This document shows positions 1 to 15,868 of a DNA stretch of 64,000 nucleotides, in pieces; positions within the stretch are counted from its first letter, which is position 1; the number at the start of each line of letters is the position of its first letter. The stretch covers positions 18,935,048 through 18,999,047 of the forward strand of contig OZ316891.1 of NCBI GenBank assembly GCA_973895155.1, given 5' to 3'. The stretch is from Marsupella aquatica. Its lineage: Eukaryota; Plantae; Marchantiophyta. The position numbers were made by a program, and so were the translations under genes. The notes under the pieces were generated by a model. The model was not told the origin of the DNA and ran no database searches. It was given only the letters and a program-made list of their open reading frames with translations.

Positions 1-1155
1 CATGATATGCCCTGTAGTAATAAATATGTGGGCTTCTTGTTATGAACGACAATCCCTCAGGAAAAAGTATTCAGGGTACAAGACATGCACAAGATCTCAA
101 GTTGGGACTGCAGCCCGTGTGTTGGACAGGTATAATTTGCTAAATTGGTGGGGGCCCACTATGAAAAGGCTCCCTTTTGGGCCCCCCTTTTTGTATGCTG
201 CCCACTATGAAAAGGCTCCTTTTTGGGGCCCCTTGTTTGTATGCTGGCTATTTGAATGGAATTCATTTGGTTTTGTCGAGGCAAAAAAAAAAGGCTTCTT
301 GTTGCCGAGAGTTTCCATGAGTACTCGGTGCATGAGGCCTCTCCGCCTGCGCCGTTGCCAATGTTAAATTCTCGTCACCAACGAGCCACGACTGCTGCCG
401 TGGAATAGAATTCTGGGTTTATCGGTTTGTAACTAAGTGGTTTCAGGGTGAGAAATTATTGTCTGTGCATTTATTGATTGTCCCTCCCTTCCAAACGACC
501 CTCCCTTGTAACACTTCCGCTGGAACATTGCACCTCGGTCATTCTCCTCAACCATTGCAGTTCAGGTCGGCCACTGCAAGAACACATCAATGAACACTGT
601 ATTCTGCCCACCGGTGCGGTTTCACATGATCCGAACCAACGACTTGCTCTTTCGCAGGAGCGAAATTGCTCGAAAACATGTGTGATTTCGGGGCTAAATG
701 ATGGACACGAATTAATGGCATCGCGCGTTTCTTCTCACCAACATCTCCGGGCAGCACACTACGTCTAAGTAGCAAAGACCAATATTGTTGTTAGACGTGA
801 CTCGGAGGGACATATACTTTGGATTCATTATGAGGAAAGAAGCTAACTCTGAAAGATTCTATATTACAATCCAAGTGCCCCAAAAACAAAGGATGCCCAG
901 ACATTTTGTATTTTTCTCAAGGGGAAACCGCTTAGGAGCAAGCCGAGCAAGGATGTCTAGCGATTAGCTTACAAGCCTCTAACGCAGTCCAACCATTCCA
1001 TGTAGCCATCTGTGGAGTAGATGGACACAAAAACTTAGTGGATCATCGATGACAGAGAAGTGATCAGTATCGTAGACTTCGCGGTCAGGTTCAGTGTGAA
1101 ATAAACCTGAAGGCATTCATATCTTCAGTTTCACAAATGAACAAATTATACTATA

Positions 1156-1540
1156 CGAGCTTAATCGCAGGGCGTTTCACATTAAGATGTTGTTGCAAAA
1201 ATAATATGTAAATATGTTATTGTATTTAAGATGTTGTTAAATAAAATATATTTAATTAAAATATATGGTTGTTCAAAATATATCTTTAAGTAAAATATGT
1301 TATCGCCCAAAGATGTAGCTTATTAAAAGATATCATTCTGCGGAAGAAGGTCAATGGGTAATAGATGACATTGGCTAAAAGTGTAGCTGGAAAAATATCA
1401 CGGTGCAAAAAATATATTTGTTAGAAAAGATCTCATTGTTTAAAAACAGTGAAAGATATCATGACACAAAGGGAGGCAACAACCACCAATGCACAACAAA
1501 ATGAGAATTGTTTTTTTATCGTTTTTGTCCTTTTTAACCT
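1156..1540 (-). mobile_element. Degenerate Helitron 3' end of the same family, minus strand
   Basis: AAGATGT(T/C)GTT repeats are the reverse complement of the array unit. The minus strand reads TGTGAAACGCCC...AAG CTCG|T, ending at 1156. Confidence 0.45.
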
Positions 1541-4500
1541 TAATACCCCGGCTGTATGTGTAGTGCATGTATGTGATACTCTCCCAGATGCTCAGTTTCG
1601 ACGACAAGGATAGCTAAATTGTAAAGCTGACAACTACAAGATGCCAGCAGACAAACGTGCAAGCATAAAAATGTCCTGCAAATCCCCGTGCGAATAAAAC
1701 AAGCAATATGCATTTTTAGAAGCTCAAAGAATTGCAGGGGGGAGGAAATTTGTTTTTTAAAGCACTTTTTCCATAAGATGGTCAACTACAGGAACTGGTT
1801 TTCTCTGCCTGCCCCACTGGAATTGCTACAGTATCGAAGGTAATGAGCTTAGTTTGGAAGTCCCAAAGAGAAAAAGGACCGATTTAGTAAAACTGGGCGA
1901 AGCAAACGAGGTCCAGCCACGACGAACACCAAACGATAAAGAAGATGCCAAACTGGAACAGATCGAAAGTGACAAAGTGAGAATCAGTGACCAATGTACT
2001 AAAAAAGTACCAACAAGGTACAATGGAATAAAAGCAAAGAGGGCTAAAGTGGATAAACGCCAAACTCCACAAGAGACGAGAAAAACTGCCTCACATTGCT
2101 ACAAGAGTCTGAAAGATACTACACCCAAAGAATGAACTTGGTATCAAGGCCACCCATAGACCCTACTTTCCAAGGGTCTGAGTTTGGAATAGTAGTAAAG
2201 ACAGTCTGACTGAAGATAATAACAAAGTAGGACCAGGCAGCTACTATTGGCAAGTTTGTCACCCCCCCCCCCCCCCTCCCTCTTAACCCGTAGCTGGGTC
2301 CCCTAACTGGGCCATGAGGTGGTAACTCAGGCCCATGGCCCAGTTATGAGACCCCCTGATAAGTTGTAATCCTGGCCAGATTTTGGGGCCATCTTGCATG
2401 TGATGGTTCTCAAAAAAGTGGAGTGATGGTACCTTTGACTGAGTGAGACTTTCATACCTCAATCCCCTCATGAGGCAGTCCTGAGGGCAACATTTTGGCG
2501 TATTCAAGGGCAAGGGCAGGAAAGTTCCCAGCCCTTCAAGTCCCTGCCATTGATTTGTGAACTCAGGGGGCCTCACTCCAAGAGGGGGTCTCATATCACA
2601 TGCAAAGTTTTGGGGGAATCTTTTGGCCCCAGTCCCACTAAAATATCTTCACACCCTTGTGAACGGACCCCCCTCTAGTACCCGTTGTCAGTATTTTTCT
2701 ATCAATTAAACTTCTCTTGTTACTTAGAAAAATGATGATTTGAGCAATACTTTAGATCCATTATAAAATATCAATTTCAGAGATTGTAATTAGTTACAAT
2801 ATAACTATGCTTCATTAGAATGTGCACCATAGCGGGAGAAACGACAAACCCAAAGCACCAAGCAAGAGAGACAATGGGGAACAAGACTCACAAGAGAGAG
2901 CTAGGCGCAAAAAATACCGTAAGCCAAATGAAGGAACAAAACGGGAGGCATCTAGTGCCAGGGCTTTTGACGCCTAACTTTTTGGAGTATTCTCACATTA
3001 GCTAAAACACCTATGATACTTATAATTGTAAAAATTGGATTTAAACACACCTAAAGTTCTTTCACAAATGTTTTAAAGTATTTCATTAATTAAACCGTAT
3101 TATTATTTGTGGGTGATGGATAAGTCAGAAGACTATAACTGAGGACCCCGGGTTTGAAAATAGGACAAAGTAACACAGATCCTTTGGACAAGTAACTTTT
3201 AGGCTGCATATTTGGGAACATTGAGGGTCAGATAGTCAAGAACTTTTATAAGCAAGACAGCCCTTAAATATGCCCTGAAATTGCTCAGTCACTGGAGATT
3301 TCACCAACTGTATTGTAATTTAGTGAACTCTTCGTTTTTCACCACATTCAAGCATGAGTCTCATCTCAATTTGGTGTTGATCATCTGATCTTAAATGGGA
3401 TTATCATAAGGCCCCACCTGTGCCTCCACCGGGTTGGTGATCTCCATTACATCACACATTTGGGCTAGCCTTTAGTTAGTTTGGTTGCTACATCATTATG
3501 TTCTTTCTATAACCCTCCACTTGGTCTTGCATGTGCCTTGTCCCTAAATTGGATATGCTTTGTTTATGTGACAAGTTATCTCGTCAAGGTGCAAGCCGAC
3601 AAACGTGTGATAATAGCAACAAATTTATTTATCAACAAGACCTAACTACCACTGCACGCTTCAAAATTGGCCCTTAGGGCCCACTAAACTAAGACATGCA
3701 ATAGCAACTGCATACCCAAATTTGATGGACCTTCCACACATTTGAATGTTACTATACTCCTCCCCACAAGAAAAATTATAAATTTGTCTCTACAAGTTAC
3801 CGGAATCAGCAAAATGAGATTGAATATTAACAGAAATGATGACAAAAATCATTGTTTTTGACATACATAATATCTCATAATTCTTTCCATCCACAAAATT
3901 ATTGTGGGGCCCTAAAGTCATGATCTAGAGGCTTCACTTTAAGAGTGTAGACCCCAAACTTTAGCTTCTCATTGGGATGAGTTAGACACGTATCTTTAAG
4001 TTTGAAATTTATGAATTACTCCTGCAATGTTTTGGATGAAGGTGTCTCTTGTTTTCCAGAGGGCCTGTGGCTTGGTGCTGACTTGCAATAGATCATAACC
4101 TGTATTGTAATGGATTGTGCAATGATAGTACAGTGGCAACATATCTCTGTTTTTTACTCTCAGTAACATAAGTAACACTCGCATGCTAGAGAATAAGGAA
4201 CGCTTCTATCTTGGAGAATTAGGAGGACTATTTTGGTAAATTTGGTGACTTGTGAGGGTCATTTGGGGGGTCATTTGGTCATTTTCCGGATATTATGATG
4301 GATGGATATAAGAAATCTTCAGTGTTCATTGGCCAACTGAGTTGAACATTCCTAACAGAAGTTTTGATGATAAACCCATGGAATCTATAACAGTTTCAAG
4401 GCAAAAACAAATGGTATCTGCCAAACCTGAAGTCGACATCAGCTACAAGACAATGCTCCTCCCTGGCCGAGACAGAGCGATTTGAATAGGAACCCCACAT

Positions 4501-5479
4501 CTAAGGTGTAACAAGGGGAATGATTCTCACCAAAGTTTGCACTTCGAGATATTAATTGAAAGCGGTCTTTGTTGGGTTGGGTTTCTTGCCTTTGGGATGT
4601 TGTCGCTTGCCTATATAGAGCTTTTTGTTATCAAGAACTACAGTATAATAAGAGGTTGCGTCAAAAAATGGAGTGGTCATCATTGAAATTTGCAGGGCAC
4701 AGAAATTGAAAATCTGGTTAAAGATAAGGAATAAAGCCAAAGTGTGAATTTAGTTTAGTGTGACTCAAAAAGAGTTGCACCATTGTTCAAGCAAAAAATA
4801 ATCACACAAGACTACTACAAGAAAGTGAAAGACTTTAACACAATGCACGAGTATGAAGGAGGATACTCCCTCCATGATCCATGCAAAAAATAATCACACA
4901 ATGTTCCGACAAAAAAGTGAAAGACTTTAACACAATGCAGGAGTATGAAGGAGGATACTCCCTCCATGATCCATGCAAGGAAATATTGTACATACTCAAA
5001 TGCAAATAAGTATTATACATATTCAATACTGTAATAATTTTGTGTAAGAGTGGTAGGAGGAGTTTAACTTACTAGTGGTAGGAGGAGTTTAACTTAGTGC
5101 AAATAACATTTTAGTCAATAGAGTATTGGATACACTAATCAATAAAAAAAACTATTCTCCTAATATTTGTGTTGATTTTTACAATCATTTGCAGTGTCAT
5201 TTTCAATGTCAACAAACAAAAAGCAATAAGGCCCAAAGCCATGGTAAAGAGCATGGCATGGGCGTTGATGGCAACGTGCTCGGTGAGGGGCACAATTGCA
5301 AGATAGGGCAGCCCCTCCAAGGGCTCCAGCCTTGTATGGGTGGGGGGGGTGAGCAAGTGGAGTGGAGTTGGTGCATAAGAAAGGAGGAGACCAAAAATAG
5401 TGAAAATGGGGGAAGACGGGGTTAGGGTTTAGTAGAAACAGAAGAGACAAAAGGGAAGAAAAAGGGAAGAAAAAAAAAC

Positions 5480-5932
5480 ACCTCTCATTTTGTTATTTTG
5501 TGGTGGTCATGGTCAGTCTTTTGTGCAAATGACATCTTTCATTCAAGAATATTTTTTGTGCAAGGAGAAATGGAAAAATGAAGAGGGAAAAATAAAGAAA
5601 AATAACTATTTTCATTTTATCAAACTTTTGTGGCTGCTATAGTCAGTATGTTGCACAATGATATCTTTCACACGCAATATTATATTTTAACCAACAAATT
5701 TTTGTATTCAACGTTATGTTTTGTACCATGATATATTTCTCAACAACATCTTTAGCTCAATGATATCTTTAACTAAAAGACATCTTCACATAATAATATC
5801 TTTGGTGAAATGATTTTTTTGTCTTAACAACATCATTTTATTTCATGAGATATTTCACATAACTATCTATTTTTCTTAACGACGTCTTTTTCTTATTGAC
5901 ATCTTGTGTGCAAGGCACAGATGTTGAGCTAC
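5480..5932 (+). mobile_element. Older Helitron 3' end of the same family
   Basis: Degenerate AAC(G/A)ACATCTT repeats ending in TGTGC-AAG-GCACA GATGTTGAG CTAC|T (5907-5933), which aligns with the terminus at 24209-24235. Confidence 0.6.
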
Positions 5933-7771
5933 TTTGGCAATGTTATAGATAGGATTCTCTGCCTGTAGCATTTGCAATTTGGCCCCAGCTTACAAAAGCA
6001 AGAAATTTGAAGGCGTCAAAAACAATAATGCATCCTATTTGATTGTGATGGGGCCCCAAGAATCAATTTGCTCGGAATTTGTCCTTAAAACACTATAAAC
6101 TCAGAATATTGGTTCAGGCTATTGTGTTTCACTTTGTGAACAAGAATGCATCCTATTTGGCTGAACTTTGATTCAGTTTTGTGATGGGGCCCCAAGAATG
6201 AAATTGCTCCGAACTCGAGATATTGGTTCAAGTTATTGTGTTTCACTTTGTGTTGTAATTCACTTCTCAGAATTTTATAAAGCCTGCTGGTTACATTTGA
6301 GTGGCAAAATTTTACCTAATTTCACCTCAGTCAAAGCCTGAGGCAGCTTTGGCTAAAATTGGCACCCTTTTGTCTCCATGCCCCAGTTTCTCACCCAGCC
6401 ACCACCCGATAGCCACAATCTGGTCAACCCGTTAGACCCATATGAATCGGGGATGCATACTCGTGGAGTTTGAGAGGGTGTGATGTGTGATGCTCAAGTG
6501 ATGAAGTGGGGATGCATGCTCCTGGAGTTTGAGAGGGTGTGATGCTCAAGTGTGCTGCTTTATCAAATATGCATGCGCCACTACTTCAATGTGGAGTAAC
6601 AAACTAAATGGTAACCTACATTAGTGAACTCCAGGAGAATGCATGCCCCATTCACATGGGTCGGTTGAAATTTCACATCGGTAGGTTCAATCTGAAATCC
6701 ATTTCAGATTCAACCGACCATGTATTCCGGTAAGGTCTTCAGCAAAACTGGTCGGTTGAATCTATAATCCAACCTTATGTTGTCTGAAGGGGATAAAGTC
6801 GTTAACCTACCAAGACCACGGTTCTAAGCCCAATGCGATAATTGCCACGTGAGCTATAGACCATGAGGCCACACTCCATTTGCTCATACTTAGATCTTTT
6901 ACCAGTAAAACTTCTGTGCTGAGAATTTGAAATCCAACGGAACGGTTGTGACGTATTCAAGAGCTAGGTAAGAAGCCATCTTCCTTCTCGGTCTTAGGTG
7001 TTCCATGGGGAGTGTGCCCGAAAAACTCGAAACCAGCCAACCAGGAATTCCAGACATAGCAACCTTCAAGTACACTTCATGAAGTCAGGAGACGTGCCAA
7101 TTGATAACTAAACCCAAAAACTCATCTCTCCCTGTACATACAGGGCTTAATTTGAAACCACTGAGTATAATCTAAAACGCTCGCCTCTTTGGAGAACAGA
7201 CGATTGACGATGACAGTGAGCGACATGGTGACTGCAAGAATTCCCAGAATAGGAACGGATTCTGTGAAGAATACGTGTCATAGATGGAAAATTGCAAAGT
7301 CCCTGCTCACTTCAATAAACATCTTATGCGAACCCCCTTCACATTGTAGAACTACCGATAGTCAGAAGTGAACACAAGAATAGACTAGAAGGCGCAAGAG
7401 ACCTGGCTTCATTAAATAACGAGCCAAGAGGATCGACAGTTCTTTGGCCTTAATTTGCATAAAGATAGATTTAACGCCTTCACTCTAAAAAATCATTTGA
7501 AAAACACTCCTTCACGACGTAGACGTCCGCAAGCTAAAGACTTCCGAAATGGTGCTTCTGTTACATGGTTAATGCCATTGAAACTATGGATAGAACAGGA
7601 TTTATTGAATTCTCCTCTTGCTTTAATGATAGCAATGCCACGTACTTTTCCAACCACAGGACAGCGAAGTCCAACCAATTAAACTTGATTGTACAAGAAT
7701 TTACAAAGTAACATTTGTATTTTTAATACATGACTCAGTCTACAAAAACTGCTTTAAAACATGAATACCTG

Positions 7772-10700
7772 CTATGCCCCCAATGTGACAGTTAAAGAGA
7801 CATAAGGATGAACTTCTGTATCTCCCCCTGTCAGTCCAGCCATACCAACGTCCTCGTCTGCTTTCCAAAAGGAACTGCACAAACGGTCACAAAACATTCA
7901 TTGGAATCCCTTTGTGATGTATTTAGCTGCCCAACATCTTGAAAACAATCTCTCATCTAATAATTGGCCCTCCTGAGCGCACTTGCTAGGCCATGAAGGG
8001 GAAGCACCGAAGCCTACCTGTTGTTGTTTCCTTTGCTGGAAAGATTGTCCAGCATTGTGCGCACTTTCTTTTCATGTTTCGGATTCGGGGCGAGCACAGC
8101 GGCCTGGGTAACAGATAAGTGGGGAGCATTAAACGTCAAAGACAGGACTTGTCGCAAACCAGAATATAAACAGCTAGCAGAGTATCTGAAATCTCACCAG
8201 AAAAGCAGGAGGGAGCCCGTATCTTAATATGCTTTCCGTGAAGAGCCTAATGGCAACAATGTGCATCCACGAACTGAACACCTGCAGAAACATCATATGG
8301 GAGGCAACCGGTCAGGTACAAGGATCAAGATAACAACACTCCAGTTGAAATTTCCTATGGACCACTGCTCTTCAAAACTTGCAGAAACTGCAAGGTCTGT
8401 CCGCCTGTACCTCTCTTTAATCTGGCAGTAACATATTCCCATTCATAGAAAATCTGCCATTGTCGTAAACATAACGAGAGACTCAATTACACCTAAGCAG
8501 TTATCACTGGCGAAGAGACCAGGCAGTTCGTTTCTTCGCCAATACCTAGGCAATTATCTGCTATCAATGGACCAGACTCTTTGCTTCAAAATCAATTTTA
8601 AAATTCCAATCTGCACGTCCATCAGCTAGGTTAAAATAAGATCCTGATCCTAGCGAGGCTGTTCTACGAACCACCACAATTTCTTCGAGGGCAAATGTCG
8701 AGGATTACCTCGCCGTAACTGGCATAGCACCACTGTTGCAACGAGCTCCGCAAGTTGTCATTGTCTTCAATCAGACGCCTTTCATCTTCGTCCCTTTGAT
8801 GCTTACTCTCCGGATCACTGTCAAAGTCTCGTACCTATGAAAGTCGTAATACGGTCAGTCGTGACATTCCAGGCCCTTGGTTCCCAGTTAGTGACTTTGA
8901 AACGATTCTATTTCTTGCGTATTATTGATTCTACACCTTGTTGTATTGTTGATGCTTCCAGTCAAATGAAGTGTATAATAAATATGCAATGCAAGGAATA
9001 GGATTCTTTACCTGATAACCTTTCTCTCGTGCAGCGTGTTTGAACGTATCTGCAACTTTCTTAAATAGTATCACTGTATAGAGTGCATATTCATTGTCCT
9101 CATGAAGTTTCTTAGAGGAACGGGGCACCTAACAATAGCGACAGAGCAGAATCAATATCAACGGAAGCACGACTTTCAATGATACTTTCACTGAAAGCAT
9201 TCTGATTTTCATATTCAAGCAAGTACTTACCACAAAAGTCGACAGGGACTCGTAACATGATAGCCAGTCTTTTTGAGAATATTTGCCGACCACGACAAGT
9301 AGGGTGGTCAAATGATCCGAGCTAACAATGTCGTCAGCTTGTACAATGCTGGAAAGATCACGAACTGCCATGCTGTTGGGCGAAAAATGTAAGTCAATGT
9401 CGGAGCTACGGACTGTCAGGCATCCAACAAATCTAACATGGGCCAGCACTACGGAAAGGAGAAAAACGGATGATCTCATCAACATTATACCCAGATTCAG
9501 GGTAAAGCTACGAATCTAAGAACAAAAAACAGAAAACAAAAAACAACAGAATTTGAAGATTCCATGTTCCAAGGTGCCTGGACACACCTTCCAGTCTGCT
9601 TTCTGTTTATTGCGGTCAACTGGCCCTTGACATTATTGTACTCCGCTACCCTAACCTGCGTAAAGGCCAACAAAAGTTCGTTTATCCTCCTGCATGAGAA
9701 ACCGGTTAGGCTTGGATCAACTTCGCAAATTGAATTGGCAAACTGATAAAAAGCCACTCATGTCAGAAGATGAGTGACAAACGATTTCTCCAAACAATGC
9801 AATTGGATTTTCTCGCCTAACAGGTAACAAAACCTATGTACCTTTAGGTCATCCTCAAGTTTGTTCACTGATTCTTGAATCGTTTCTACAATTTCCCGCA
9901 GCGGGGACATGACAGGGTACTTAGCCTCATCCCAGCTAAACCTGAAAAAGGGTTTATGCGACACACAGGGAGAAATCGATTAGGTTCAGAGACAAAGAAA
10001 AAATACGAAGTCAACAATAAGGTTCGGAGATGACGACGACTTACACAGTAATCGATTCGAGATGAAGACGACTTACACAGTAATCGATTCGAGATGAAGC
10101 TGAATTACATAGTGCATTCCCCATTCTAAGTTCCTGATCTAACGCACCCACCTGGTAACGTAAGAATCAATCGGGACTCCATCAACTGTCAGCGCAGTAA
10201 CGTGGTCGGTGCCTGTAACACGCTCCAGCTCCTCAATTTGCCGCCTTACTTTGTGAGTGACTCCTTCCACGATGGTATTCACCTGAACAATTTATTGGCA
10301 CCCTATCACAAACTGGAAACACAGTCTTCCTACCTACCTCCTTCCTTCGACCAATTCGGAAATGACATTCACAGACAAACAAAGGGTTACATTGAACGAT
10401 CGGAGACTAACCTTAGCCAACTCGTCACTGAGGGTGAGCAACGAGTCCAAAGTTCCAACCCGCAGGTCAGGAATGTGGAACTGCAGAGAGAACACAAAAT
10501 ATGGACCATAACGGCTTCAGTATATTAGATCCTGACAAATCGAAAGGGTCCTCATCCCCGCTCATTTCCGTAAGACGAGCTCTCTAGGTTACCTTCCAAT
10601 TCCTTTCAAATCCAACACTGAAATGTGGTTTGCCCCGATTTGCCAAATGCCTCAGTTCAAATATGTGCTTGACAAATCAGATCATCGAAATTAACATTCC

Positions 10701-10947
10701 TCCTGGATTCTGGATCCTTCATCATTATACTAGATCGGATCAGACGAATGCACTCTAGGGCAAAAAAGCGATGACACAAGCGATGCACGGGCAAGGGGAG
10801 GGGATGCTGTTCGGGTGAGGCGGTGCGATGTACCTTATAAGTTGGAGTATCGAAGGAGATTTTGCTGATGCTGTGTTGCAGCGTCGACCAGGTGGTGCTC
10901 GCCGACTCATTTAAGGGCAGAGAGATGAGGCAGTAGCGTGACGCCAT
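7772..10947 (-). CDS. VHA-C: Vacuolar H+-ATPase subunit C (DET3/VHA-C ortholog), 11 coding exons
   Basis: Approximate exons, all with GT..AG introns: 10947-10834, 10490-10412 (FHIPDLRVGTLDSLLTLSDELAK), 10283-10152, 9941-9842 (FSWDEAKYPVMSPLREIV), 9655-9588 (VRVAEYNNVKGQL), 9373-9231, 9128-9012 (VPRSSKKLHEDNEYALYTV), 8834-8709, 8282-8196 (VFSSWMHIVAIRLFTESILRYGLPP), 8103-8018, 7874-7772 (stop TAG). These motifs are diagnostic of V-ATPase subunit C. Confidence 0.95.
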
Positions 10948-11519
10948 GGCTCCCTCGCTCGCTCGTCCTCTTGCTCGGCTCGGCTAGGCTCGATTCGAAT
11001 CACTCACTCGCCCCTTCGGGCTCGGGCGTCTGTTCGGCTCCACAACTCTCTCCACAAACGCAGGGCAGAACCTATACGCTAGATCCGCAACCTCCAAAAT
11101 GCAGTTTCTCGTAATGTAACTCGGTGGAATCATCCAAGACCAGAACGAGACCTCACAACGAGAAAAGCTACTCTAGATCGACGAACCTATCGTGTTGCTG
11201 TTTCTCCTCATGTGATGGACTGAAATCTTTTCGGAGCACCAAAAGACGAAGCTCCTACACTACTGGATCGAGGCCTCGTGCTGAGGCTCCTGCCGACAAA
11301 TTCCGGGTCTTAGGGTGTCCATCATCATCATTCCTGTCCCGCAGAGCAGAGAAGAGAAGGGGGAGAGAAGAGGCCAGAAGAGGAGAGAAGGGCGTGTCGA
11401 TTGTGAGAGTTGCATTCACGAAGGGCCAGTCGACTGCAGTGATGCAAGCGTCCGTTTCGCCAAGTCTCTCCCTTCGAAAGGAGGAACAGAACCATTAGGG
11501 CCCTTCAAAAGCTTCGTAC

Positions 11520-12400
11520 AGTAGTTCCACATTGTGGCTTTTGGCTATAGACATATATGGCCATAGCTCGGGTGATGGGTGATGGGTGATGTAAAAGTGT
11601 TTTTTGATTTTTCACTGGCCTCTAGAGTGACATGATCATGGCATATCTTATCTTACTAATAATTTGCTAACTGAAGCTACTGCAAAGGCCTATGGAGTCT
11701 AGAACTAAGCCTCTAGACCGTGACTCTACTCTAACTCACAAAACACAGAGTAAAAGATGAACCGAAACAGTTAGGAATAATTTTTTGTGCAAGTTACCTT
11801 TTTGTCCTCATCTCTTTCCGTTCAAAGAACATGTAGTCAAGGCTAGTAACTATTATGATCATAGCATATGACTAATCTTTATGGCAAAAAGTTATAGATT
11901 TTGAATTTGGCAGTCTATAACTTTTTATATTGGAAACATTGACTACTAAGTTTAGATCCATCACAATTTGAGTTTTTAGACCCCCTAATTGGGAGTCTTG
12001 AAAGCTCCATAGTTACATTTGATGGCTTTTGGCCATAAATAAATGACCATTGCTTTTTTACAAGGTGATGTCAACTTTGTTTTCACTAGCCTCTAGAGTG
12101 ACTTATGGTCATGTATAAGACCAATCTTTATGGCAGAAAGTTATGGATTATTAATTTGTCAGCCCATTTTTCTGTCCTTAACCTTGACTACTAATTTAAG
12201 GTCCATCAAATTGAGGTTTGAGACCTCCTAATAAAGGAGTCTCCACAACTTAATAGTTACACCTGATTTTGGCATCAACAAATGGCCATAGCTTTTGAAC
12301 TAGGTGATGTGAACATTTTTTTCACTAGCCTCTAGAGCAACTTATTGTCATGCCATAGAACCAATCTCTATGGCAGAATTAAATTCAATCTTTGACTTGC
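11520..12400. repeat. Degenerate tandem repeat, ~240 bp unit, 3 recognisable copies
   Basis: GGTGATGT...TTTTCACT(G/A)GCCTCTAGAG recurs at ~11585-11628, ~12064-12099 and ~12303-12338. Confidence 0.75.
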
Positions 12401-14831
12401 CTGGCACTATTTATTGGTTGTAAGTTTCAACATCAATATAGTAGCCTATAGTAGCGTGTGTAATGTCCATGTCCTTGCAGCATAACTTGATGCCCTTTCA
12501 ACGTATTGATGGTTTTAGCCAGAACTATTTTCGTGGCACCCCTCCCCTCCAACTCAAGACTTAAGTGTTTTGATATATCGCACAAAGTTAGCCCTAATAG
12601 CTTTCTTTTGATCTTCTTGGCTGCAAACATTGTCCATGATTGTCCCACAACCCCAACAACATTATCAGAATATTGTGACTTCAGTGCGCTTGATCACCAA
12701 GACACTTTGGCATTTTCTTTTGGGTGGGGAAATGTAGCTCTGTTTTGAGGTGATTGAACTAAAGTGGCTGGAGTGTTATGGGGCATTGCATTATTTTCTA
12801 CATCACGGGGACCTAATGATTCCAACTGTCCAGTCCACTTTATGGCAAAATATGCTCTGCATGAGACAAACTGCCTCCTTGTCAAAGCTCTACATGATTT
12901 TGGTGCCCATTGGCAATACCATCTGTCCAGTTTTTGACAATATTGACTCTGGGTTAGACAGAACTGCCTCCTTGTTGAAGCTCTTTTACGAATTGCTGCC
13001 TATTGTTTGGCATATCGCTTCAAATCTCTCCTGTTCTTGACACTGTATATGGACAAGCCACCTGACCTGCTCAGACTGGGAATTGTCACTTTCACAAATC
13101 ATATCCTTTTCTATCCAGCTCAGTAAGATAGAATGAACAAAAGCATTCGTTCAACGATGGTTCGATGATGAGCCAGCTATATGTGGGTGTATAATTTTCA
13201 ACATCTCTGAGGACATTGCGCTCAGGATGCTTACTGCTGTGCACTTTCCAACATCCCTATCGACATTGTGCTGAGGGATGTTGGAGGATGCTGGGAGAAT
13301 GTTTGAGATGTTGCTGTAGGAGTTCATCGCAGGTAGCGGTTTAGAACGTTCTGTAGAAGTTCATCACAATTAGCGGTTTATGGTTTAGAATATGTTTTCA
13401 GAAGTTACTTTCTTCAGAGAATTTCGTTTATTCCCTGCACTGGCTGATATTTGTCAAGGTATATTGCACGCGTGGTATCTGGTTATGGCATAGGGATGAC
13501 TCTTAGTTTCCTTACGCAAATCGTCTACATCAGCTACAGACTCACAACTATGAACTCTTCTATGTAATTATCTCCTCACTCCGTTATTAGATCGAGACAT
13601 TCCAGCTTTCCCACACTGCCGCGGAGTCTAACTAAATCATATTGCGGGAGGCTTCGTAGGCTGAATCCAGGGAAGAAAATTGGAACAGGTCACGCCTGGT
13701 TAAAAATGCTCACTCGAAATTTGGGCTTGACTAGGGAATAACCAATCAGTTCTCAGTTCTGAAAGGCCCAGCATTTCTTGAGCAAGGTAGAGTCTGTATC
13801 AGAACGACAAGACTCGGAGTCACATCTCTGACTTGTTTCATACTCGATCCCAATTCCTTCTCTTTGACCCATCTGCCCCTTTAATAAACTGTCATAGCTG
13901 TAAACTTTGAAACGAGGTGAACGATATGAGGTGCTCGACCATTCCATAACATTCGAAACTTGAATCCCACGTAATTGAATATATGCCAGAATCTTACTGA
14001 CAGGTACAATAATACCTTGCGTTGACAGATGCACCTACACACCTATAACGGTGTTCCCAACACAATCACTTTCCCCAACTGATGCAAATCTCATCGAATC
14101 TCATCAACTATTAACGCAACAACGTTTTCAGCTTTCTCTTCTGGACGTGGGAACAACTACAACAAAGGCAGTAGAACTTCCTCTGATACAGGGGAAAACC
14201 GATTCAGGCTTCAAGCTACTAAGACAGACATGGGAATCTTTGTTCAGGTCAAGTGCTTGGTTTTCGGTTACAACCATCAATTTTCCAGAGTGGACGGACG
14301 TACTCCAATAGAACAACTAGAACAAGCTGTCTTCATAAAACCTCATCCTGCGGTTGTAGCACCGTGCCCAGATGAACTTTAAAACCTTCAGTCAAGATGG
14401 ACTCAAAATCTCGTTCGAAACCCGTAAGAGGACTTGTTGAAAATACATTGGAGAGTTTGTTTTCTGCGCGGCACTAATTCCTGACGGGTATCGAATGAAC
14501 AATCTCGTTGGGAAAATTCTTTTGTAGAATCACAGTGAAACAGATGAGACGATATTGAAAAAGCCTCTGGAAGAATCCTTAGGGATATCACGACTAGCTT
14601 GATAGACATTTCTCTTCAACAAGACAAACCATTTTCTCATTTCTACTATTTGTAAACCTGTCCCGGTACTATACTTGCCCAAGCAAGCATAGCAAAACGC
14701 TGGGTTCAATTCTTTACTCAAACTGTGCTTAAAGGCCATCAATGAGCTCAAAGGACGGCGCCAAAATTACTCTACTCTAGATCTCGAACACTCGAATGAT
14801 AGTGCCAAAACTACTGCAATCCATGGCAAGA

Positions 14832-15868
<1,037 letters not shown>

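Noticed and set aside
1854-2135. 93-aa Lys/Arg-rich ORF
   Set aside because: Non-ATG start, no domain and no supporting exon chain. It lies among repeats.
12433-13040. Degenerate transposase fragment
   Set aside because: Short ORFs with no DDE, hAT or MULE motif that I can recognise.
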